Source of the DNA: Eledone cirrhosa
Taxonomy: Eukaryota
Length of the DNA: 64,000 nt
Assembly: GCA_964016885.1 (NCBI GenBank)
Contig: OZ024743.1
Location: 244,528,001-244,592,000 of the forward strand
Reading direction: 5' to 3'
The position numbers and the translations under genes were made by a program. The notes below the pieces were generated by a model. That model was not told the origin of the DNA and did no database searches. It worked only from the letters and a program-made list of their open reading frames with translations. Of this stretch, positions 48,152 through 64,000 are shown one piece after another (the first letter of the stretch is position 1; every line of letters begins with the position of its first letter).

Positions 48152-48230
48152 ATTTATATATATATATATTTACATATATATATATATATTTATATATATA
48201 TATATTTATATATATATATATTTATATATA

Positions 48231-49046
<816 letters not shown>

Positions 49047-49058
49047 TATATATATTTA

Positions 49059-50310
49059 TATGCTAAACCCATGGCCTCCAAATACCTGATACTCAAAAAC
49101 TCAGCAATGTCCAGTAGTGCTAGGTTTAATATTCTGATCGTAGACTTGGTACGAGTGTTGATGAACGTGTCCCGCATGTGCGACCCAACAGAAATGGAAA
49201 GACACATCCAACACTTCATCAACCGCATACAGTTCTCTGGCTACAACCAAAGAGACAGAGTCGAAGTTTACGAAGGAGCCACGGAGAAGTATAAGACCCT
49301 CATAGAACTGGACATGAAAGGAATTTGCCCATTATACAGGAGCAAATCATTGAATAGATTAGATAGGGCTAGCCATAAGATAGGGAAAGCCACCTCATGG
49401 TACGACAACCAGAGATACCAGAGTGTCATGTTTGTGGACGCTACCCCTGGAGGGAAATTAGCTAACCAGTGTAGAAAGGCCCTGAGAAAGACCCACTTAA
49501 AGATTAAGGTGGTAGAAAAGCCAGGAACCAATATAAAATCCCTGATCAGCAAAACCTACCCTTTTAAGAAAACCCACTGTACTAATAGGAAATGTATTAT
49601 ATGTAAGGTAAACCCCCGGATAAACTGTATAACTAGAAACGTAGTCTATAGCATAAGATGTACAAAGGGTACTTGCCGAAACATGACAACAACATACATA
49701 GGCGAGACAACTCGTAGCATAGGTGAAAGGATAGACCAACACTGGGGGGAACTAAAAGGACGAAAAAACGGTTCAGTACTATACGAACATGCCAGACAAC
49801 AACACGACGGTAACATAGACAACATAGAAATTAGAATAATATTTAAACATAGAAATGACCCAGCAGCTAGGCAAATCAGAGAGGCCAGTGAAATAAAACT
49901 TAGAAGGCCAAGGCTAAACAGAAAGAATGAATAACAACAACACCCAAACAAACAACACTGACCTAAGAGAAATATAAATAAATAAATAGATAAATAAATA
50001 AATAAATACATACACAAGCACAATAACAACAAACACATAAACACACACTAGTAAAGATAGAATACATTAACCAACACACAGTAACCCAAACACGAACACA
50101 CATCAAACAAAACACTATACACACACGCAAACGCATGCGCAAAGAAGACAAAATAAAATAAACAAATAAATAAATATATAAACAGACTAAATAAAGATGG
50201 CGTAGAAAATACAATGCAACGGGAGGAAACAATAGCACCACTGACATTAAGTTATACATGGCCTGGGCCAATACTGCTATTGTTTCCTCCCGTTGCATTG
50301 TATTTTCTAC
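49059..50310 (+). mobile_element. Diverged truncated PLE family-1 copy (RT thumb to GIY-YIG, 3' UTR)
   Basis: YAKPMASKYL...YIGETTRSIGERIDQH; ends at the HHR start followed by a short inversion. Confidence 0.9.
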
Positions 50311-50381
50311 ATATATATATATATATATATTTATTTATATATATATATACATTTATGTATACATTTATATATATATACATT

Positions 50382-50438
<57 letters not shown>

Positions 50439-50441
50439 TTA

Positions 50442-50497
<56 letters not shown>

Positions 50498-50518
50498 AAT
50501 AAATATATATAAATATAA

Positions 50519-50573
<55 letters not shown>

Positions 50574-50594
50574 AATGTATATATATATAAATAA

Positions 50595-50671
<77 letters not shown>

Positions 50672-50740
50672 TATAAATATATATATGTATATATATATAT
50701 ATATAAATATATATATAAATATATATATAAATATATAAAT

Positions 50741-51529
50741 AGCTTGGAGTTTAGACTCAAGGAGGTCATTTACAATCATTTCAGCTCTAGGAATCGCTTC
50801 TGAGCAGTATAAACCCATATGAGTCTGTGAGTATTGATTTATTTATTATTTTCTAGATCGTAAGGCAGACCTTATGTTGTTGAATTAAGATTTTTCACTC
50901 TAGCGATCTTATTAGTCAATTGCAACTATAACATGTAAATGTTCATCAAATATTAATTTATACTGCTCAGAAGCGATTCCTAGAGCTGAAATGATTGTAA
51001 ATGACCTCCTTGAGTCTAAACTCTAAGCTATTTATCACTGCTCCCCCAGGTGAGCTGAATTTTGTAATCCCATATAAACGGCTCTTATTTCTAGCACTAT
51101 GTGTGGGACGTTAGAGGACTGGAATAAGCCGTGTGCAAAACCTCGTGTATTTTCGCTACGCTAACCAGACCTTAGATATTTTTCTGAGGTAGAGTTATTT
51201 TATTTTTATCTGGGTACCTATTGATAGACACAGAAAAAGTTGATTAACTCACTGCTAATTAGTTAATTATTTTACTATTATACCATCCTTTGTGAAACAT
51301 GTTTGAAGTTTGAAGTTCTCACCGATCTGCGGAAAAAGTTTGTATTTTGAATTTTAAACGTGTCTAGGTACCAAGCCTTTTTGCCCATATGAGTCTGTGA
51401 GTATTGATTTATTTATTATTTTCTAGATCATACAGGCAGACCTTATGTTGTTGAATTAAGATTTTTCACTCTAACGATCTTATTAGTCAATTGCAACTAT
51501 AACATGTAAATGTTCATCAAATATTACTT

Positions 51530-51532
<3 letters not shown>
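50741..51532. mobile_element. Unclassified non-coding element with inverted and direct repeats
   Basis: 50741-50813 is inverted at 50957-51030; 50814-50960 is repeated at 51384-51532. Confidence 0.55.
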
Positions 51533-51912
<380 letters not shown>

Positions 51913-53887
51913 AATATATATATATATAAATATATATATATATTGTTATATTTGGGGAGGGTCATATTTGCGTAATATTGCCAGAATTAATAACAGAACA
52001 CACTCACTGTTTGGTTGGTTTTCGCTTCTCGCTGTCTTTTATATCTGCGATCTAACTTATTCGGTCCTCAATGTTGCCATTGACTGACCGGCGGTCAAAA
52101 ATAATACAGATACAATATAGACACAAACACATATATATAGTTTACATAATTTACATAAATCTTTCGTTGCATATCTGCAACATCGTCAGTGGTGTTATAT
52201 TCATCGTTCCTCCTGTTGTGTTGTATGTCTACGCCATTTTTTTTTTTGTCTATATATTTATTTATTTATTTGCTTGTTTGTTTATCTTATTTTATTTTGT
52301 CTTCTTTGCGCATGCGTTTGCGTGTGTGTATAGTGTTATGTGTGATGTGTGACTAGTGTGTATAGTGTTGTGTCTGCTGGGTGACTAGTGTGTGTTTATG
52401 TGCTTGTTGTTATTGTGCTTGTGTATGTATTTATTTATCTTATTTTATTTAATTTTATTTACTTATTTATACTTCTCTTAGGTCAGTGTTGTTTGTTTGG
52501 GTGTTGTTGTTGTTCCACTCATTCTTTCTGTTTAGCTTTGGTCTTCTAATTTCTATTTCACTGGCCTCTCTGATTTGCCTATCTGCTGGGTCATTCCTAT
52601 GTTTAGATATTATTCTAATTTCTATGTTGTCTATGTTACCGTCATGTTGTTGTCTAGCATGTTCGTATAGTACTGACCCGTTTTTTCGTCCTTTTAGTTC
52701 CCCTCAGTGTTGGTCTATCCTTTCACCTATGCTACGAGCTGTCTCACCTATGTATGTTGTTGTCATGTTTCTGCAAGTACCCTCTGTACATCTTATGCTA
52801 TAGACTACGTTTCTAGTTTTACAGAAATGGAAGGACACATCCAACACTTCATCAACCGCATGCAGTTCTCTGGCTACAACCAAAGAGACAGAGTCAGAGT
52901 ATACGAAGGAGCCATGGAAAAGTATAAGACCCTCATAGAACTGGACATGAAAGGAATTTGCCCACTATACAGGAGCAAATCATGGAATAGCTTAGATAGG
53001 GCTAGACATAAGATAGGGAAGGCCACATCATGGTACGACAACCAGAGATATCAGAGTGTCATGTTTGTGGACGCCACCCCTGGAGGGAAATTAGCTAACC
53101 AGTGTAGAAAGGCCCTGAGAAAGACCCACTTAAAAATAAAGGTAGTAGAAAAGCCAGGAACCACCATAAAATCCCTGATCAGCAAAACCTACCCTTTTAA
53201 GAAAACCCACTGTACCAATAGGAAATGTATCATATGTAAGGTGAACCCCCGGATAAACTGTAAAACTAGAAACGTAGTCTATAGCATAAGATGTACAGAG
53301 GGTACTTGCAGAAACATGACAACAACATACATAGGTGAGACAGCTCGTAGCATAGGTGAAAGGATAGACCAACACTGGGGGGAACTAAAAGGACGAAAAA
53401 ACGGGTCAGTACTATACGAACATGCTAGACAACATGACGGTAACATAGACAACATAGAAATTAGAATAATATCTAAACATAGGAATGACCCAGCAGATAG
53501 GCAAATCAGAGAGGCCAGTGAAATAGAAATTAGAAGACCAAAGCTAAACAGAAAGAATCAGTGAAACAACAACAACACCCAAACAAACAACACTGACCTA
53601 AGAGAAGTATAAATAAGTAAATAAAATTAAATAAAATAAGATAAATAAATACATACACAAGCACAATAACAACAAGCACATAAACACACACTAGTCACCC
53701 AGCAGACACAACACTATACACACTAGTCACACATCACACATAACACTATACACACACGCAAACGCATGCGCAAAGAAGACAAAATAAAATAAGATAAACA
53801 AACAAGCAAATAAATAAATAAATATATAGACAAAAAAAAAAAAAATGGCGTAGACATACAACACAACAGGAGGAACGATGAATATAA

Positions 53888-53929
53888 CACCACTGACGAT
53901 GTTGCAGATGTGCAACGAAAGATTTATGT
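53888..53929 (+). ncRNA. Minimal hammerhead in family-1 pLTR
   Basis: CUGACGA U GUUGCA GAUG UGCAAC GAAA GAUU UA UGU; copies at 52153-52194 (-) and 58023-58064; stem I is weak. Confidence 0.65.
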
Positions 53930-54116
53930 AAATTATGTAAACTATATATATGTGTTTGTGTCTATATTGTATCTGTATTATTTTTGACCGCCGGTCAGTC
54001 AATGGCAACATTGAGGACCGAATAAGTTAGATCGCAGATATAAAAGACAGCGAGAAGCGAAAACCAACCAAACAGTGAGTGTGTTCTGTTATTAATTCTG
54101 GCAATATTACGCAAAT

Positions 54117-57100
54117 ATGACCCTCCCCAAATATAACAATATCTGTTTCGACACACGATTTCATATAAAAAACCTCGCAAAACTAATTCATCGCCGCTAT
54201 GGCATTAGCTTGTGCCAAGCTGAAAGGTTATTGAAAGACACTGTTTTCTGTTATATAAAAACTACAATAACAACAGAACAAATCCGCTTCTTAAAACACT
54301 GTGTTTCCTCCAAAACATACACAACAAACATATCAAAACAAGTAAATAATTTATTATTGAACAAAACACAAGCTGAACGGCTAAAACACACAATAACAGT
54401 TAATATGAAAAGAACAACATACACAAAAGTCAACGCACTCTACAGACAAAAACGCATCAACGGTAAGGAAATCCGAAATCTCATCACAGCAAACGAGAGA
54501 GATGACTTCATGAGCGTCAGCCGACGCGAAACGAAATATGCTCAAAACGAATGCTGTAGGCATTTCAAGAAGAAATTAGAATGGATGAATAAGAAAAAAC
54601 TACAAGAAAGGAAAATCGAATATTCTCAAAAATACCCAGATAACATCGACAACATCCGTATGAGTGATGTAAAACTACCGGAAGAATTTACCAATGACCA
54701 CACAGTAAATATCTATGGGAAAACTTTAATCAGTGAACAAGAACAACAAATCCTAAGGTTACCACCAAAATTTGCCATCTACAAAAAGATTAACCCTATG
54801 GAATGCAAAACGGAGCTGGAAAAGTGTTTCACAAAAATACGTTGGAATGCAAAGGTAAACAACAACAACAATAATAACGGTAGTAGTAATATAAACAATA
54901 ACTCTGGGTATAGAAATAACAGCCATAACCATAACAATGGCAGGAAAGTGAGAAATAGTGATAATGGCAATAATACTAGCGATAGACGGAACAACAACAA
55001 CCACAATAATAATAATAATAGAAACGTTAACCACAGACACAGCAACAGTGACCACAGTAGTAATAACGGTAACAATACGAACAACAACAACAATAACCAC
55101 AGTGGTAATAATGGAAATAGTACATGTAGCAACATCAACAAAAACAAGAAACATAATAATAGTAACAACCACAATGGTAGAAATAGCAGTAACAACAACA
55201 ACAATAACGGTGAAGTAAACAACAATACATCTAGCAATCATAACAATAATAATATTAATGCTAATGATAGAAACAACAACCACCACCCTGATAACAATAA
55301 TAGCAACACACACAACTATGACGATAGAAATAACGACAACCCCTTAGAGAAACTATTTTTCAACCCAGCCGACAAAACATATAAGATGGGTAATATCTAT
55401 CCTACGAGGTTACCCTTTAATAAAAGAGTTTGCATACCACAGCAAATAGATGACGAGACGGAGGCACAGTTCACCATAGCTAGAAATAAGATTAGACAAG
55501 TAGTAGACAGGTACACTATGAGACAGAGCAGACCAGAGGCCCAACAACTTGGAATAAAACCTGTAGAAGGCTTGGTTAGCCTCAAGCAGCGCACAAGGGA
55601 TGGTGAGGTAGTGTGTCTACCCACAGATAAGTCTGGTAGGATGTCAATAGATAGCATGCCGAACTACATCGAGGCAATGCAACCCCACATCACCAACACG
55701 AGCGAAGTTGCACAACTAACACACGATGGGAGAGAAAAAATCCTCAACGCTCACATGATGATGTGGACTGACATCCTAAAGCCAAGCAGACGCACTGCCA
55801 ACAACTTCCAGGCGTCTAACAATGGCATACCACCCTTGTATGGGCTCCGCAAAGACCACAAGACAGTCGACGACCCGACAACAGGACCACCAACAAGACC
55901 CGTATGCGGAGCTAATATAGCTAGCAACTACAGGATCTCCTACTTCCTCTCAATGGTTATACGCCCCATAATCAAGATGTCCCCAGATGTATGTGAAAGT
56001 ACAGAGGACCTCCTCAGCAGAATCAGTGAGTGCAACAAAAACAGGAGCCTATCCAACTGCATAATAGGCAGCATGGATGTGGTGTCACTGTACCCATCCA
56101 TTAACATTGATTTTGCTGTGAAAAGATGTGTGGAGATGATCATTGAGAGTGAGGTGGAGTTCTGCGACGTCGACACAGACGAACTGGGCCTCCTACTTAG
56201 ACTTACCTACGACACTGACTACCTAGACAGCCATGACCTTAGATGTTTCTGCCCTAGTAGACCTATAAGAGGTAGACCCCCCACCATAACCTCAATGGCT
56301 AAAAAGACTCCCATAGGAAGGTGGATTGGGTGGACCAAAGCTATACGGACCCCCCAAAACACTGATCAGGTAAGAAAAATGGTCGCACATGCAATAGGGG
56401 CTAGTATCAAAACTACCCTAAAGGGCCACATATTTAAGTTCAATGAGAAAATCTACACCCAAAATGAGGGAGCAGCCATCGGCGTCAGCATAGCTGGTGA
56501 TGTTGCCAACCTTTTCATGGTATGGTGGGAAAGGAGACTTAAAGATCTCCTTAATGAAAGCTCCATAGACCTCATCATGTACTCTCGTTATGTAGACGAC
56601 ATCAATATAGTTATAAGAACACCCCCACTAGAGAGCACTAACAAGTTTGATTTAGAACGTAGCACGATGGAAAGCATCCAGCAGATAGCTAATTCCATAC
56701 ACCAGAGTATAACTGTAACTATAGACTTCCCTTCCAAACACCCTAACAATAGACTACCTGTATTAGACACAGAACTCTGGATTAACACTATAGACGAGAG
56801 AGCCCAAATTCTCCACTCACACTATGCTAAACCCATGGCCTCCAAATACCTGATACTCAAAAACTCAGCAATGTCCAGTAGTGCTAAGTTTAATATTCTG
56901 ATCGCAGATTTGGTACGAGTGATGAAGAATGTGTCCAGCATGTGCGACCCAACAGAAATGGAAGGACACATCCAACACTTCATCAACCGCATGCAGTTCT
57001 CTGGCTACAACCAAAGAGACAGAGTCAGAGTATACGAAGGAGCCATGGAAAAGTATAAGACCCTCATAGAACTGGACATGAAAGGAATTTGCCCACTATA

Positions 57101-57746
57101 CAGGAGCAAATCATGGAATAGCTTAGATAGGGCTAGACATAAGATAGGGAAGGCCACATCATGGTACGACAACCAGAGATATCAGAGTGTCATGTTTGTG
57201 GACGCCACCCCTGGAGGGAAATTAGCTAACCAGTGTAGAAAGGCCCTGAGAAAGACCCACTTAAAAATAAAGGTGGTAGAAAAGCCAGGAACCACCATAA
57301 AATCCCTGATCAGCAAAACCTACCCTTTAAGAAAACCCACTGTACCAATAGGAAATGTATCATATGTAAGGTGAACCCCCGGATAAACTGTAAAACTAGA
57401 AACGTAGTCTATAGCATAAGATGTACAGAGGGTACTTGCAGAAACATGACAACAACATACATAGGTGAGACAGCTCGTAGCATAGGTGAAAGGATAGACC
57501 AACACTGGGGGGAACTAAAAGGACGAAAAACGGGTCAGTACTATACGAACATGCTAGACAACAACATGACGGTAACATAGACAACATAGAAATTAGAATA
57601 ATATCTAAACATAGGGAATGACCCAGCAGATAGGCAAATCAGAGAGGCCAGTGAAATAGAAATTAGAAGACCAAAGCTAAACAGAAAGAATGAGTGGAAC
57701 AACAACAACACCCAAACAAACAACACTGACCCTAAGAGAAGTATAA
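54117..57746 (+). CDS. PLE polyprotein: N-terminal domain, Asn-rich insert, RT, Cys-rich linker, GIY-YIG endonuclease
   Basis: PTDKSG, LYGLRKDHK, PTRPVC, SMDVVSLYPSI, QNEGAAIG, YVDD, VVY..YIGET. Open to about 57326, then 1-bp homopolymer indels relative to the 52821-53564 copy; the end coordinate is inferred after correcting them. Confidence 0.9.
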
Positions 57747-58315
57747 AATAAGTAAATAAAATTAAATAAAATAAGATAAATAAATACATACACAAGCACA
57801 ATAACAACAAGCACATAAACACACACTAGTCACCCAGCAGACACAACACTATACACACTAGTCACACATCACACATAACACTATACACACACGCAAACGC
57901 ATGCGCAAAGAAGACAAAATAAAATAAGATAAACAAACAAGCAAATAAATAAATAAATATATAGACAAAAAAAAAAAAAATGGCGTAGACATTCAACACA
58001 ACAGGAGGAACGATGAATATAACACCACTGACGATATTGCAGATGTGCAACGAAAGATTTATGTAAATTATGTAAACTATATATATGTGTTTGTGTCTAT
58101 ATTGTATCTGTATTATTTTTGACCGCCGGTCAGTCAATGGCAACATTGAGGACCGAATAAGTTAGATCGCAGATATAAAAGACAGCGAGAAGCGAAAACC
58201 AACCAAACAGTGAGTGTGTTCTGTTATTAATTCTGGCAATATTACGCAAATATGACCCTCCCCAAATATAACAATATCTGTTTCGACACACGATTTCATA
58301 TAAAAAACCTCGCAA

Positions 58316-58482
<167 letters not shown>

Positions 58483-58588
58483 TATATATATATATATATA
58501 TAAATATATATATATATAAATATATATATATTTATATATATATATATTTATATATATATATATTTATTTATATATATATATATTTATT

Positions 58589-58621
<33 letters not shown>

Positions 58622-58644
58622 ATTTATATATATATATATTTATT

Positions 58645-59819
<1,175 letters not shown>

Positions 59820-59830
59820 ATATATATATA

Positions 59831-59991
<161 letters not shown>

Positions 59992-60004
59992 ATATATATA
60001 TATG

Positions 60005-60513
<509 letters not shown>

Positions 60514-60657
60514 ATATACTTATATATATGTAGGAAGTGAGTTTTATTGTAGTACAATAAAGCAATGCAGATATCGGATAAGAAGCACTCTACAGTTTGT
60601 GGGACTGGAGTATACATAATATATAAAAACAAAAGATGGTTAAAGGAGTTCCATGTA

Positions 60658-60724
60658 TTTTATTATGCGCATTTCAAAAACAAATATCATCATGCAATAA
60701 TATTTGTGTTTTCATCAGATAAAA
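60658..60724 (-). ncRNA. Type I hammerhead with long stem II
   Basis: UUUUAU CUGAUGA AAAC ACAAAUAUUAU..AUGAUAUUUGU UUUU GAAA UGCGCA UA AUAAAA; palindromic stem III. Confidence 0.8.
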
Positions 60725-61477
60725 CAGGAGGACATGATATGAAGGCTAAAAAAACACTTGTGGATAGTTCAGTTTTAAATCAACATATGAGAAGTAGTTT
60801 TAGATTGATGTGTGATATTGGGAAAAATATTTTATTTAGAGGGGGGTGGAGAGGATGAAAAAAAGAGGAGGAGATGAGAGTGAAGGTGGAGAGGGAGGAG
60901 TATAGTGAGGAAGGATGAGATAGGAGGAGAGATGGGTGAAAGAGAGAGAGAGATAGTTTTTATAACTGAGAAAGGTATATTGTTTTACATAGAGAGGTTG
61001 AAAACCGTTGGAAGATAATGTATAGATTAAAAGAATTTGAAAATTAATGAAGAGAAAAGAGAAAAATATGTGCGAAGAAAGAGAAGGAGTTAATATGTAT
61101 TGAGAATAATGAGTTAGATGATAGGGAGAAAAGAATAATGAATTGCGGATGAATATTCTAACGTCAAAAAAAAATGTATATGTTTACGAAGGATTTTTAT
61201 AAGGTGATATAGAGTAAGAATGTGTTGTATTATGTAATAATTGATTCTATGTTAGGCAAGAGTGATAAAAGGTACAGATTAGGGGTTAGATATTAGAAGA
61301 GAAGAAAAGAAAGTGATAAATATGGGTGATGTAGAAAGAGTCAACAAGTTATTATAGAAATTTGAGAATTAACGAAGAGAAAAATAATGTAAAGTTAAGG
61401 TTTGTATATTGAAGGATTTGAGAAATATAATGTAAAGTTAAGGTTTGTATATTGAAGGATTTGATAATATGTGCGAA

Positions 61478-62080
61478 ATTTTTAATTTCTGCCTGACCAA
61501 CAACCGCTCTGCATAATCAGCTCCTGATTATTTACTAGATTTCTATAAGAATATAACATCAATGATCTCGGTAGACAGGAGGGGTAGTTGGCCTTGATAA
61601 GCTTCAACCAAAGCGAAACAAGACTTGTCGGCTTATCTCCCCTGTTTGCTGAGATCAAAGTAAGTGAATTTGTCACTACTTTAAAACAATAGCTTACGGT
61701 CTTCAAAATGCTTTTAATTAAGCATAAAGTGTATTGTAAAATACATTATATATACATCCATATATATATTGCTATTTTAGAGCTCCAATTCTAATTTTTA
61801 ATTTCTGCCTGACCAACAACCGCTCTGCATAATCAGCTCCTGATTATTTACTAGATTTCTATAAGAATATAACATCAATGATCTCGGTAGACAGGAGGGG
61901 TAGGTGGCCTTGATAAGCTTCAACCAAAGCGAAACAAGACTTGTCGGCTTATCTCCCCTGTTTGCTGAGATCAAAGTAAGTGAATTTGTCACTACTTTAA
62001 AACAATAACTTACGGTCTTCAAAATGCTTTTAATTAAGCATAAAGTGTATTGCAAAATACATTATATATACATCCATGTA
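61478..62080 (+). mobile_element. Tandem 316-bp HHR-bearing unit (retrozyme/pLTR-like)
   Basis: Two near-identical copies. Confidence 0.8.
61590..61633 (+). ncRNA. Type I hammerhead, U3-A8 core variant
   Basis: GGCC UUGAUAA GCUU CAACCA AAGC GAAA CAAG A CUUG UC GGCU; second copy at 61906-61949. Confidence 0.75.
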
Positions 62081-62241
62081 TATATATATATTTTTTTATA
62101 TATGTATATACCTATGTATATATATGTATATATGTATGTATATGTATATATATATATATATATGTGAATATATATATTTATATATGTATATACATATGTA
62201 TATATATGTATATATATATATTATTGTTTGTTTACTTTTTT

Positions 62242-62930
62242 TTCGCTCTGTCTTGATAACTTAATTTAATTATCGCTCGCACTGATTTTAGGTATGTGGT
62301 CTTTAATGCGAAGAAATACCAATGACAAACAGCTGACTACTGATGATGGACAGTCGTCTCTCGGTCTATTTTCATTCATATATTCACATTCGCAACAACG
62401 CAGCACGCCATTTTTCATTCACATATGTATTTTTTCTCCTCGCTGTGGTTCGTATTTTATCTTTCCTCTTACTCCTATACCCTTTTCTCTCACCCTATTC
62501 TCTCTCCCTGTACTTCTTGCTTTCATTCACCCCTCTGCTGGTCATCCACTCTCTCGCCTGGCCTCTTCCTCACACTTTCACTCACTCACTCTCTGCTACT
62601 CACCCTCTCTCACTCCCTCCCGTTTGACCTGTGTGAAATTCTTTCTCTCTCACTTTTCCCGTGGCTCGCACGTGTCTGCCTCTTCTCGTCATTTGATATG
62701 TTCGGACTTAAGCCGACAAGATGCATTTACTTGACTCTCTTTATAATTTTTATTTTCGCCCTGTCCCGATAAATTAATTTAGTTATCGCTCGCACTGATT
62801 TTAGGTATCTAGTCTTTCATGCGAAGAAATACCAATGATAATCAACAGACTTCTGATGATGGACAGTCGTGTCTCAGTCTATTTTCATTCATATATTCAC
62901 GTTCGCAACATCGCAACACGCCACTTTTCA

Positions 62931-62935
<5 letters not shown>
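62242..62935 (+). mobile_element. Non-coding element with direct repeats of about 180 bp (period 513), family 5b
   Basis: 62242-62421 matches 62755-62934; the interior shares ctcttcctcacactttcactcactcact with family 5a. Confidence 0.75.
62761..62866 (+). ncRNA. Candidate rearranged hammerhead-core RNA
   Basis: Same architecture as 48307-48407 with compensatory changes; other copy at 62248-62353. Confidence 0.55.
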
Positions 62936-63005
<70 letters not shown>

Positions 63006-63006
63006 G

Positions 63007-63117
<111 letters not shown>

Positions 63118-63162
63118 GATAAAAATCACAAGAGCGTCTACAACATCAAAAGATTTTTATTG

Positions 63163-63207
63163 GCTTACAATGTTTCTACCTTACGTAACCGTAGGATTCG
63201 TCAGAGC
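63163..63207 (-). ncRNA. Type I hammerhead motif
   Basis: GCU CUGACGA AUCCUACG GUUA CGUAAGGUA GAAA CAUUG UA AGC. Confidence 0.65.
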
Positions 63208-63297
63208 TATAAAAGGGGTTTGATTGGTGTTATGGACTCTACCAACCAAACATTCAAGAACATTCACATTCGCAACATCGCAGCACGCCACTTTTCA

Positions 63298-63384
<87 letters not shown>

Positions 63385-63442
63385 GTATATACATATGTGT
63401 ATATATATATATATACATATATATATACATATATATATATAT

Positions 63443-63543
<101 letters not shown>

Positions 63544-63562
63544 TATATACATATATATATAT

Positions 63563-63853
63563 ACGATATTAAATAAATGGAAACTATATTTATAAAACCA
63601 TATTTATTTCATTATATATATTTCAGGGATATCATATTAACAATATGTTATGCCTTCCTCAGACAAAATACAATATAGACAGTTTTATAGATAAATAGAT
63701 TTGACATACCGTTCAACATCGACTTGTATTTGAAAAAGTTGATTTTGGCAGCGTTATTTAATATCGTAAATATACTCCAAATACTTGTTGAGTGCTTTTA
63801 TATCAGTTATAAATATTTACTAGTTGTAACCCAACAATTTAAATATAACTTTC

Positions 63854-63858
<5 letters not shown>
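63563..63858. mobile_element. Family-3 fold-back with HHR (63607-63668, minus strand)
   Basis: Same layout as 46767-47232 but not hypermutated. Confidence 0.7.
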
Positions 63859-63937
<79 letters not shown>

Positions 63938-64000
63938 TATATACATATATATATATATACATATATATACATACATATATATATACATATGTATATACAT

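Noticed and set aside
54117-57746. Selenocysteine recoding as in some Naiad PLEs
   Set aside because: No in-frame TGA at conserved Cys positions in any copy here, and no convincing SECIS seen.

Overview
AT-rich, repeat-dense animal genomic DNA with no recognisable host exon. The SINE families and huge (TA)n tracts suggest a cephalopod (Octopus-like); that is inference. Almost all ORF-track entries are microsatellite artefacts. The left half (1-23 kb) holds tRNA-derived SINEs, MITEs, LINE remnants (RTE, R4/Dong-like) and two Tx1/L1-clade retrotransposons stacked at one TAGR-repeat target site. The right half (23-64 kb) is (TA)n microsatellite packed with Penelope-like elements (PLEs): one near-intact RT+GIY-YIG copy with an Asn-rich insert, truncated and inverted copies, and many non-coding pLTR/retrozyme-like units carrying hammerhead ribozyme (HHR) motifs. 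Two results stand out. (1) A covarying motif with all hammerhead core nucleotides in a strand order matching none of types I/II/III (48.3, 48.8, 62.2, 62.8 kb; degenerate at 30.3 kb). (2) One pLTR copy (46956-47232) with about 49 T-to-C and no C-to-T changes in ADAR-like context. All alignments and folds were done by eye.
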